DNA from: Azolla caroliniana
Lineage: Eukaryota > Plantae > Polypodiophyta
Reading direction: 5' to 3'
DNA length: 64,000 nt
NCBI GenBank assembly: GCA_043228905.1
Contig: JBHGNT010000005.1
Coordinates: 3,658,001 to 3,722,000 of the forward strand
Positions 52,379 through 64,000 of the stretch are shown here, piece by piece. The position numbers and the translations under genes are program-made. A model generated the notes under the pieces. The model searched no databases and was not told where the DNA came from. It saw nothing but the letters and a program-made list of their open reading frames with translations. The number at the start of each line of letters is the position of its first letter. Position 1 is the stretch's first letter.

Positions 52379-54770
52379 TTAGTCAGACAGCAGTGAAAGG
52401 TTGTCTGCCTCTATACCCTCAGATTTTTCAAGTAAGTTATCTTCCTCTTGCATGTCTTCTTGTTGCATTAATGTTATATCTTCCAAATCAGGATCTGCAT
52501 CTTGGTCATCATTGTCTTCAAGTACACTTACACCTATCAGCTGTTCTTGGCTCTTTAACATCTCATCTTCTTGCAATTCCTGAATATGCAATAGTTCTTC
52601 TTCCTGCTGTTGAAGAAATTTTAGTTTCACTTTTGTTTCAGCATTCTCACAAATGCAGGCAGAGGGATTTTCGAAAAATTGCCCCCTGCCAGGCTTCATT
52701 TCATTAGGTTCACCCATGAAGCCTCTTTGGACTCTTTGCAACTTCAAAGCAAATACTTCCCAAGTCATATTAGGCTTTGCAAGGAAAAGACTCCCCAGTT
52801 TTTTTGCATTGGGCCTTATGGTGCGTTTATGGTCAAAATAGCGCCTGTAGAACCAAGTTGACACATAAGCAAACAAGGAACCAAAATCTATTCAAACCAT
52901 TACAATCTTAGCATAGATGAAAACATAAATAAACTCAGGTGGTATAGTTAAGTGAATGCAATAACAAAGAATACTACCTACGCCCTGCGAGGATACGTGC
53001 CATATTTCCATTATTATTGGCTATAAATACATTGCTTTCATCGCTCACAATAAAATCAATTGCTGCCATACGTGAGGAAAATGGAGCAAAATGCTCCAGC
53101 TCTCCTTCAAATGCTAATGTATCCTTTGTGTGATAGTTTGGAAACATTTGTTTAAGAGGCGCCAGTGTGTCTTCCCCACCATATACCTCCCCTGAAGCAA
53201 CATATAGGTGGCAATCACTTCCAAAACCTAATGCTCTGAGCATGATCCCCACTTCTTCTGGGGTCAGGGGGCATTTTCCATTTCTCCTCTCTTTTTCAGG
53301 GTTCCAATGCTGACAAAAGAATAGTCAAATAACATGGAGAAATTAAGTGCAAACTTCTGGTACACGAAATACATAGGACCCATAAAATAGTATCCTTGAT
53401 TACATGAAGGGTCTTCCACCGTTTCCGCAGCAGCCCTAACTCTCTTCTTTCCTTATCCCCACCTCCATAATAGCAACCAGAGAATGCAAGCATGTCAGAT
53501 TCAAACCTATGGTCACCCAAACACATCATCAGATGTTGAAATGCAAATTTTCAATCTTGCCATGATCTGGAAAATAAAAGAGTGCTGTACCTCAAATGAA
53601 GTGCAATATATTGATTACTTTTTTGCCTCAACCTTTCAACTAATACCTGACCCATTGTTTCCACATCTTTAGTGAACCTAAGAGCATGGTAATTCACTCG
53701 GCAGCGAAGCTTTTGTAGTTCACTTTCAAGCCTATTAGAAAGCCTGTAATCAAACTTCCCCAAGCGAAGAGCCTACATGAATTTACCCACAAATTGTTGA
53801 TTAAGAACTTCATCAAAATATATTCTAGATCATAGGGAGATATTCAAATATCCTCAAGAGTGGAAAATATGACCTATGGCTAAAGTAAGGCATTTCTACA
53901 TAGTGTTGAGTAGTAATCTCAAGGTTCCAGAATTTGACAAATGATCAATGCAATTGAATGTCATTAGAGACAGATAGAAGGATAACGTCTACGTGCCTAT
54001 GCAACAAAATAAAAGCTATATCTTTCCTAAAATCCATGTTTTTTATCTTAATATATGCACTGCAATGACTCTTGAGAGAGAGAGTTAGAAAAAATTTCAT
54101 AGTTGCAATGCACGCCAATGACGTCTGCCATACGTTGATTGAAGGTCAAGCTTGGTTAATTGTGAGGGTATCGCTTTCATGGCACGTTACCTGATGCATA
54201 CAATTGTATGCATTGAGTATTGACGCAGATTGGCACTCGCATTTTCTATTCTATGCAAAAGTTTCTTTGGCTGTCACTAATGGGCTTTAAAATGCTGACA
54301 CATTTCAAAAAGGACATTTTTCGCTGTGAAGTAGTTGACGAGGATGCCTTACATGCCCAGTTGCTATAATCATTTGAGTTGTGTTATGCCCCAAATTTGG
54401 ACATCATTAACTTGGAAACTGGTCATCTTTGTGTGGGTTTTCATTAAGGGATCCAGAGGTTTACCATCCCTATCATATAAGATTGTGTTTGACTACCTTA
54501 GACATTGGAGTTTATGGTAGAATTGGAATATGAGAAATGGGTTCTCGTTTGATTGTCTCTTGGAGTAACACAACAGATAAATATGCTTAAACCAAAATTG
54601 ATGTTGCAGTTTTCATGATTGTGCTCTGCAGGCACCTTGTCCTGAGAGGAGCTGCATTTACATCAGCTAACCTTACAGCACCAGAGGGTTTACCCCGTCA
54701 TAAAATCCTCTTTATTGTCATAGGGACAGCAAGGTTTTTTTGCATTGTCCTGTTTTAATATGCATAATGC

Positions 54771-54810
<40 letters not shown>

Positions 54811-57075
54811 AAGAAGGGAACAAAATGCTTTAATAATCTTGACCCATGAAGCCTTCTCTTATCAATACCTTTTTTTTTCGTAAAATAGGTAATATTTTGG
54901 TCCGGAAGTACTCGGGCTTACATCTTCTTGGTACACGGGTTCGATAGAACTTGCCATGAAATTTAGCTGGCAGTTCTTTCACTATCACCACATCATTTGC
55001 TAGTGAATTGATGAACCAATCGATGTCAAAAATGTCACTAAAATTACTGCAACGGGTCCAGATTCTAGAGAGTAAAAAACCAGAAATATTCCGAAGCATA
55101 AAAGATATTCATACAATCATCCTCAAATCTAGAACATTATGTACCTGCTATCCTTCCAAAAAGACTTATGATCTAACTGTGGAACTACCAAAGTAGCATT
55201 CAAGATACGGGCAACAACCACAGCATCAATAATCTGTTCATCATAGTATGAGCAAGGATAAAAGTCAAGAGAGGGTTGGTAAACATTAACATTTTCCAGC
55301 AACTCAAACAATGGCATGATGATTCAAAAAAGTGTACTCATGCATGGAACCTGAATATGAGTTTAAGGTTACAATTGCTGTTCATATAATCAAGCAGATG
55401 ATTACCCCTGTTCTTTGTTGATTCAAGCCTCCGCTTGTCTGAATCAATAAATAGCCATTAGACTGGAACCCATTTGCCTCTCCTGTATTGTCCGTTTCAA
55501 TTTTTGGCTTACAAACAACGAATATTGATACTTAACATTGATAAGGTCATTCTTTTCTATCATTTCTTCCACATAATTATTGATAACGAAAAAGAGATGG
55601 AAGTGTTACAGCTCACTTACTCAAAAAGGGAGTTCGAGGAGAGCTGCAACCGTGGAAATAAGGCGCAAATTTTGAGGCCCACATTGTGTCGGATGTTCTT
55701 GCTGCAATCTGACATTGTAACAAATATATCAAGGCAATATATAACTCACACAATTCACAAGTACATATTAATGTTATTATTTTACAGGCATAGCTGATTA
55801 GAGGCTTACTATCAGCTTCACTAAAAAATGATTCAGACATTAATTCTGATTAGCTAATTATAACTCTTAGGAGATTATATGACAAAGGTGATGTCAACAC
55901 ATAAAATAGAACTTAAAGCAACTGTAGACTAAAGATACCAGAACATTTGGGAGCTTTCATGCTGTCTTATTTAAGGAAGCATTCTGATGTAAAGGAATTA
56001 TTTAATTTGACTTTTCATCCTTGAATAAATTATGGCAAAGAATTCAGAACTGGTAACCTATTTGTAAAGACAAATCGTACATAACCAATAGCAAAAGTGC
56101 AGCACTTTCATGAAAAGTTCAATGCTGGAACAAAGGCATACTGATTTTTCCATGAGAGTTCCAAACCATAGAATAAGTATGACCTTTCCTTACACAGGAA
56201 GCACAATCATGACCTTGCTAATGCATGTCATGGTATGTGTTCTATAGATTTCACCATCCATGTACGGAGTAGATGGTTTCAAGCAAGCATAAGGAGTTAT
56301 GCTGCACTTCTTTTCATATTTAGAAAGTGACCAAAACTTTATAGGGTGAAATTCGTGCCTCTCCTCATATTTCTAAATAGGCATCGTTTAATATGTCTCT
56401 GATGCACTAAATATGAAATTGTTGTGCATTGAGCTTCAACTTGATTTAAAATCAAACCAATGCAATGTTTTGAAGGATGTGGGAAGAAATGTAAATGAAT
56501 ATGCAGAATAGTCTTGTGCCATCCTTAAGATTGGCATTTCTTTCACCTCTCCTATTCAAACTTCCTTTTTGAGTATAAAAAGGAAGTTCTGGTGGTGTGT
56601 ATGATTGGCATTTCTTTCAACTCTGCTATCTATATTATTATCTTTCATGAATACGAAAATTGAAATGGCATACCAATATGCCCGTTGGATGAAGAAGGTT
56701 CTTGGAAGAATCCACAGGAACAGACTTCTGCATTCGAAAGAAAAGATAATCATCTTAGCAAGAAAGAGAAACAAAAAAGGAAGAAAGAAAGAAAGAAAGA
56801 ACGATACATACATGCATATATATATATATAGAGAGAGAGGGTATAACCTTAGAAACAACGAGCAGGGAAGGATGTCTATCAAGATCCAGCAAAGGAACAG
56901 TGATGAGAGTAGCGAGGGCGAGCATGGCGAGGATAGATCCACATACAAGAGGCATGCGAGGCAAAGAAGGGAGGAAGGCCAAGAAGTTCTTCCCCTTCTT
57001 GTGAGCAGAAACTCTCCCTCGTCTAGGCATGGAGGCGCTAGAGGCTAAGGTTTCTCTTCCTGTTCCATCTGCCAT
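52379..57075 (-). CDS. O-fucosyltransferase-family glycosyltransferase (GT106 / DUF246), type II membrane protein
   Basis: N-terminal TM segment LVCGSILAMLALATLITVPLL. Motifs SNGYLLIQTSGGLNQQRTG, IIDAVVVARILNATLVVPQLDHKSFWKD, FSDIFDIDWFI, LQKLRCRVNYHALRF, YIALHLRFESDMLAFSGCYYGGG, GKCPLTPEEVGIMLRALGF, YVASGEVYGGE, NNNGNMARILAGRRRY and HKRTIRPN. Acidic C-terminal tail. Confidence 0.95.
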
Positions 57076-57749
57076 GGTTCCTTTAGGGTTTCGGTATCGA
57101 CAGCTCCAGTTTCCGACGGATCATCTCTCTGACTGCGTCGGGTTGCCTGTGGTGGAGCAGCTGTTTCTGTGGTGTCTGTTTCCTGGGGAGCGTTTGGTGT
57201 GAGGGTTGGGAGATTCCATGGCATGGGAAGAGAAGGTAGGGTAGGGTGTACAGAAATTTTATACATATGTATATTAAATGGGAGGGTTTCTTCTGACAAT
57301 ACTGACTCTGTTTTTCTATGTACATTATATGTACATTATATGTTAAAAAGTATAAATATGTATGTACTAATACTAATATGCTGTATGTACTAATCATAAT
57401 TATTATGTATGTATGTATGTATGTATGTATGTATGTATGTATGTATGTATGTATGTATGTACATATGTACTAATAGCCTCAACCTCACTCCTTTCTTGCT
57501 TATTATTTTTAGTGTCACCAATGAAGAAGAAGAAAGAACGAAAGAAAGAAGCTTGTTGATTTAGTGCCACTTCTCTCTCTCTTAGTGAAAACACGAAATT
57601 ATAGTAATAAATGTGTGTGAACAACACTGCTTGCACGATGGGTAGCCACAATAGAGTATGGTCACCCCACTTAACTACATGGGTAGTAGAACATGTTGAA
57701 TTGTCAATAGGCAAGACGAACATTCCACCGAGGAAAGAATTTCCACTCG

Positions 57750-58497
57750 TTCCGATAAAGAGAATTGCCACATTAGTACTCCTGTCAACTTTCGTAGATA
57801 TGCTTTCACTCCTTGCCTACCATCAAATACAAAAGCATTGCGCATGTCCCAACGATGATGCAGTCCTCAATATCCAAGAAATAGGAAAACGATCGCCATC
57901 TCTTATTTTGGTCGACGTGTATAAATTGTGCAAACACCCATTGTCTATGCATCAAATAACACCTTGATAAAACTTGCCAAATTTGAGAGATGTAACTCCA
58001 AACCAAATCTAACAAGCAATCAGACATTGTATAAAACGATGAATGTTATCTTCCATTGAACAATGCAAAAGAAGTAATTGCCCATTACTAGTCCACGACA
58101 CTTTAGAGCTAATCCCAAAGGCAATCCCCCAATCAAAACTCTCCAAATCAAGACCTTTGCTACAAGTGGCAATTTAGAATGCCAAATATGTTTTGAGATA
58201 TGCCACCACCCATGATCAGATTTGTGTATTTTTCATTCTTATTCAGTGTCTCTCTCTCTCATTACATTGGCATTGTCCCTCTCAAGGGATCTTCGGCATG
58301 GGGACAAGGTCGCATGTCGGGGCCCCTAATCATGCACTTGTCTACTCCTTACATTGGTGGGTCATTGGAGTCTAGTATTTGTCACCCACTTGCACCCCCC
58401 CCCCCCCCCAACACACTCACACACATAAAGAAAACGAGAGAAACATGAAGATTAATATAAATTATTGATAACATATACAAAAGTTAATTGCTAACGT

Positions 58498-58548
<51 letters not shown>

Positions 58549-59960
58549 ATTAAATCTTTATTTTGCGTTCTAATCAAGATCAACTAGTTTACTTCTGAAG
58601 CCTCCTCAAATACACTAATATTGTCAAATATATCCCTCATCAAAGTTTCCTTGGGGTTCATCTTTACTTTTTTTTATGTGAACATCATGGGATGAATCCT
58701 TTTATTGGACTTAATCATAGTAGACTATTACAAATGGGGACAAACAATTTCATGGAAATTACTTTGTCAACTATTTGAATTGCACATATGCAGAATGATG
58801 GAAGGATTGAGATCAACACAAATTAAGTGGGCTAAATGTTAACATCTATGTGTGTGTGGTATGGATTAATCATAACACAAATAAGATACGTATATCAATT
58901 CAAACGGCATTGCCCTCATCTAAACTAAAAAAATCATAGATATTTCTACATAAAAATCAAGATGTTTCTTTAAATATTTATATACACAAGTTCTTGCTCA
59001 AGATTATTGGTGCAAATGATCTATTCCCATTGATTATCATGAGTTGTAATCCCTAATGTATGAGGCCATGGAAGGCGTTGTCTTCTCTACGTCTCTAATC
59101 ATACAAATATTGCTATGACTTTTCTACATAGCTTTATTGTGCATGTATATATTTTGAGGGATATTATGATCAAGGCTTATTTCTCAATCCTTCTCGGGTT
59201 CTCGTGTGAACATGTTGATTAAATAATTTCACATCCAAAAAACACTTACAAGCTCAAAGAGGAACTCAAGAACCAAAACACGCATATTTTAGCAATGAAT
59301 TGCCGTTTAGTCGTGATTGTTATTAGTTGGGAAGTGGAAGAAGTTAGAGAGAGGGGGGAGGGGGAAATAGAGAGAGATGTGTCAACAACATCAACCATGT
59401 ATATCTACAATGCAATATATTTATTGAGCATGAAGGATTGGTACACAAAAAAACTAGGATTCAAATATTGTAGTGGCCATTGCTCAATGGATGCATTCCT
59501 CTTAAGGTTCAACATTCTACATGTGCCAAGCTATTGGTTAGATCTTGGAAGTTGCCCTATGTTTTTTTTGAGTTGGCACCATTGAGTAACTGAGAGCTTT
59601 GTAATTCACTACAAATTGAATTGCTTGTTTCTTTTCTATTGTTGCATTGGCATGGGAAAAGGAACTTGCGATCTCACTTAGCTCAATAATTTGTTGAGAA
59701 GATGGTTCATGCTTGTTACAAGTCACCACAATTATATTGCCTCATCATTGTCTTGGCTATCAACCAAACTAGGAAAAGGTGAGGAACGTAAGCTCGTCAA
59801 TTGTAAATGTGGTGGCAAATATTGTTGACATTCCCATTCGCCATTTTTGTGCAAAAGTTGTCGTACAGATAGTCGCAATTGTTGGGCTCTTATCAGGTTC
59901 AACCTTAAGCAGACAAGGAAGGGGGGGGTCACGAACATGCTTCTTTTGCACTATGCCATC
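57750..59960 (-). mobile_element. Decayed hAT transposase relic between the O-fucosyltransferase and MOC1 starts
   Basis: KVEPDKSPTIATICTT (cf. EVGPENVVQVVTDNA), IIELSEIASSF...TIEKKQAIQFVVNY (cf. DLILEDIG...TIEKAKKITKFIYNH) and VLSRCYLMHRQWVFAQFIH (cf. dimerisation domain VLSQxxSSSxCERNWSxFxxIH), in the expected order. Confidence 0.45.
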
Positions 59961-60248
59961 GGAAGGCGGTACACATAGCTATATAGGTTCATGAAATGAT
60001 GTATATAGATAGCTAGCTCATATAATTTGGAAGCTTCTATCTGGGAAGTGTCGCGTAGGTCATTCTATTCTACTTTCATTCATGTTGGATGATGGTAGTA
60101 GGCATGGGGTGGGGGTGAAGGAATGGAGGCTATTTTGGGTAATTGTAGAAACTGTAGGAAGGGTATTTCAAGTAATTATTCAAAAACCTCCTTTCATGTG
60201 TGTTGTTTTTTCCTTTTGCTTTTGGCCTCCTGCGACCTCCTCTGTTCT

Positions 60249-63057
60249 ATGGAAGGACTGAGCAGCAGCAGTAGCAGTAGCAGTAGCAGTAGAATGCTCT
60301 GCTCCTGCAGACGGGCAACATGGCTTCCTTTCCTCCGCAATGCTCCTGCTGCTACTTATCCATGCCATATTCGTTCTTCTTCTTCTTCCTTAGTTTGTCA
60401 AGGTATGTAGTAATTCTGCACATAGTGCATCGTTTTAACAAAACAAAATGTTCTCCTTCTTCTTCTTCTTCTCCTCCTCCTCCTCCTCCTCCTTCTTCTG
60501 AAAAAAAATTCCTTTCTTTTTCTCGCCGTGTATTCCAAAGGGACCGCTGTTAAGGTACAGAAGAAGCCCCAAGCTCCAGCCTTAACTCAGAAAGCCTCAT
60601 TAGAGATCTCCAAGAAGCGTTGGCTGAATGCACTGTCTCCCTCTGAACAAGAAAAAGGAAAAGAAGAAGGCGAAGCAGGTCTATCCATTGAAAGTGACGA
60701 TCAGATGATACCATTTTCAGCTCTTAAGGAAAGACCGAATTCCCATCGTTGTGGCTGTGTTCTCGGCATCGATCCTGATGTATCTGGTGCCTTGGCAGTG
60801 ATCCGTTGTGATGATTTAAGTACTGTCGAGGTAAGACTTCTTTATTGTGCACCTCATCAGTCAAAATGTAGTATGTTCTGAACAATTTACAACCTTCTTT
60901 CAGAACAATGACAGGAAGTTGTTAGCCTTAGAAGTAGGAAAATTGATAATTGGTCGCGAGCTATACAGTTGGATGTACATGTGAACTATTTCGTTGAAAT
61001 TGGGCCCCATGTATGTGAAAATGTGCGAAACATCATAGAAGAGATAGGGCCTCATCTCTAACTATGAGTAGAGTCGAGGAACATTTGTAATTTTAGATGG
61101 ACACAATAAGATCTAGATGCATATGAAACGATTTAGTAGTGTCTATATTTTATCATGTAGTACAATTATATGTAGTTACAGAACTTGTCAGTAAATGTCA
61201 AATAAGAAGTTTTAGAGCATCTTTTGTCAGTAGAAGAATAAGTGCATGTCATCTAGGAAGTCTTACTGAGTCTTTTGTCAATAAATGTCAAATAGGAAGT
61301 TGTATAGCATCTTTTGTATGTGTGCCAATACTTTATGACGTATGTCAAATATTTGATTGCATAATAAAATTGTCTTGAACATTATTTGTTGTCTGATAAT
61401 GCAGGTGTTTGATGTGCCAAGTGTGCATGTGGTTGTTGGGTCACAAAACAGAAGAAGGCATGATGCTAGATCCATTACAGAACTATTGAAGAAACTCAAT
61501 GCTCCTCCAGGCAAGCATGACATCCAAAAATCTTACACAATAGAATGCTATGTCACTTCTGGATTGTCGTAGTTCAATAGATAACATGCTGGCCATTTCT
61601 AATATTCTTTTATCTTCTTGAATTTCTATAGTGATGAGTTATATGAGTCTCATATAAGGTGGCTTCATCTTATAGCAGATGTTTCCTGTTATATCCCAAG
61701 TTTTGACTGACTGAATCTTCTAAGGATCCACCCTTATACTCTAATTATACGTTTCTTTGATCTTGTACATTCTTCGTCATAACCTCTTGTTGCTAGGTTT
61801 TGTATAGTTCGATCATTGACGACCCATTTCAATATCTTGATCGATTCACCCTTACGTTCTATTATATGTTTCTTTGATTTGTACCTCATCCATAACCTGT
61901 CATTGCTAGGTCATTTATAGTTTGATTATACATTTCTTGTATGACAGTTATTCTTCATACCCCAGTGTCTACGACTCCCATGTGATGACTCTATTGAAAA
62001 TGCATATCTCATACAGAATATAACAAATTTCTGAAACATATATCCTCAGTCAAATATTCAATCTGCATGTCTATATAAGCACTTCAAATCTATATTCTGG
62101 ATTCCAAGTTGCTCTAAATACATAGTTATATGTTGTAAATAATGATCTAGAGTTAGCTAGTCTTGTCAGACCCCTGACTTATAGCTACTATTATCAAGAA
62201 TAAATTTAACTATACCTAAATCCAAATCTCCACACTCTCTGAATAAATGATAATGAACAATAGTTTAGACTGTAGATCCCAATAAGAGACAAAAGACATG
62301 CCGAAACCTTGATCATTTGTAAACACGAAACCCATTTTGGCAAGCAGAATGTTCAAAAGCACTATGTATGGACTTTTTCACTACATTTCATATGGAAGTT
62401 TTAGTTATTTATTTTCAGGTAGTATTGCTTATCTGGAGCAAAGCATGCCTCTGCCAAAAGATGGAAAACAGGTAAACGAACAATATTCCTTGGATATTCC
62501 GATTCCTGACTTATATATACTGTCAATCTTATCTATAAAAATAAAGTCTTTCAGGGATGGTGGGGATCAGGTTTTGGGTTTGGAATCTGGATTGGTTCTC
62601 TTGTAGCCTCTGGGTTTACTGTTGTACCAGTGGCTCCAGCAGTTTGGAAGCGTGCTATGGAAGTTTCGGGTGACAAGGTTGAATACTTTATAGATGGTAG
62701 TAGATCTCTATTCATTTATTTATTCATGTTTAGTTGTGCTTTTTGGATTGCTGAAAAGGAAACAGGATAACTCAAGGGAATCTGCTTCATTGTTATTCCC
62801 ATCACTATCGTCACAACTTAAACGCAAGAAGGACCATGGTAAGGATTTAATTTTGGAGGTTCCTTTTTCCTTCAGGATGTGCTTCTCTATTTATGTATGG
62901 AAAGTCATGATGTGGTTTTACAACGTTTTTTCTGCATGGAGGACGTGCGGAAGCACTCCTTATAGCGGCTTATGGGAAAGGGATTTCTCCGCCAGCTAAG
63001 GACATTAAAACGATCATACCTGAGAGCGAGCTGGTAACCCTCAATAGGTTGTTCTAG
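60249..63057 (+). CDS. MOC1: Plastid Holliday junction resolvase MOC1 (RuvC-like)
   Basis: Transit peptide exon 60249-60402. Further exons 60541-60830 (VLGIDPDVSGALAV), 61405-61510, 62419-62471 (AYLEQSMPLPKDGKQ), 62555-62677 (GWWGSGFGFGIWIGSLVASGFTVVPV...WK), 62766-62838 (DNSRESASLLFPSLSSQLKRKKDHG) and 62942-63057 (RAEALLIAAYG). Confidence 0.94.
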
Positions 63058-64000
63058 CATATTGATCTCCATACAATTTACTAAACAGAAATCTTGGCTT
63101 TATAATGTAATTTCATCTCATGACATCGTTGTGTTAAATTATCATTGTAATGCGCTTTTGATTTCTTAGAGCTATACATGTTTAGTTCTCATTTTGAATA
63201 GCTGTTTATTGTGAGAGAAAACATAAATCTGTGTTAACAGTTTTGAAGTTGTATTTCCCTCGTTATGCAGTTCCAATTTTGCAATCCTCTATTTGCAATC
63301 TGATCCTTGGCCTGTTTATAGTAATAGATGGCCCTATTTAACTCACAAATCAATGCCTTAAGCCAAGCATACATCTCATTTTATCGAATCTATTCTGAGT
63401 CAATCAGCAATGGTTTTATTCTTGATGAGGGGAAGCACTTATTGGAGGAATAGGATTTCCTGGGTGCACACTTCCTTCGCGAAACAAAGCACAAAGCATT
63501 TCTTGGGGCAGTACTTCTCCGGTCATACATGTACATTAATTTTACCATAACAAACCCATCAGATGGCTAACAGTGTTGAGTCTGCCTAATATTGTGCCCC
63601 TTAATTTTGTGTATTAAGTGTTCTTAAATAAAATCTATTAAGTAATGAAGTGATCTGCACTTGACAAAGTCCAACGTACATGTTAAAGCTGCAGTTTGTT
63701 CTGACTACCTGTTGTTGACAACCATTGATGGGCGACCTCTATTGTTATATGAATCGACGCTCTATCTGCAGGGATTTAATCTACCCTGTGTTTGATCTTT
63801 GGACCTTTGCTGATTGACGACATCATTGCCGACCAAGACATCAACGGGTTATGTTTTGTCGGTACCCATTGCTAGATAGATGGTTTGGTGGTGCCATGAG
63901 TGTTCAGTGGGTGTTTCTCAGGGATTGTGTTGGAAATAGTCTTGTAATTGTCACACACAAATGATATTGAGAAGGTCAACTACAAATTTGGTACTTTGTG

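Noticed and set aside
52686-52704. ccaggcttcatt matching the core of miR165/166 (possible target site in the O-fucosyltransferase mRNA)
   Set aside because: Only about 12 central nt match, with mismatches against the miRNA 5' end. The sequence is constrained by the conserved EMKPG coding motif.
53390-53400. gtatccttg as a second U12 donor
   Set aside because: It lies on the strand opposite the O-fucosyltransferase transcript, inside a normal GT-AG intron.

Overview
This is eukaryotic, AT-rich land-plant nuclear DNA with short introns (about 60-170 nt) and many GA/TA microsatellites. A seed-free plant (lycophyte or fern) is plausible but cannot be proven from the sequence alone. Five spliced genes are recognisable: a telomere-repeat-binding TRFL/TRP-type Myb gene (-), a CCAR1/DBC1-family RSA1/EMB1579 homolog (+), a vacuolar amino-acid transporter AVT1 (+, with a U12 AT-AC intron), a GT106/DUF246 O-fucosyltransferase-family gene (-) and the plastid Holliday-junction resolvase MOC1 (+). 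Two unidentified spliced genes with transit-peptide-like N-termini lie at the left end, and one has a decayed Ty1/copia element in an intron. The main outlier is an intronless, very GC-rich FAD-dependent amine oxidase gene (12596-14038). Its motifs resemble a bacterial sarcosine-oxidase-like subfamily rather than the canonical plant peroxisomal pipecolate/sarcosine oxidase, making it a horizontal-transfer candidate. Intergenic and intronic DNA holds old hAT and copia relics, a 1.4-kb degenerate 31-bp minisatellite and many local tandem duplications. All homology calls are from recalled family motifs; no database search was run.
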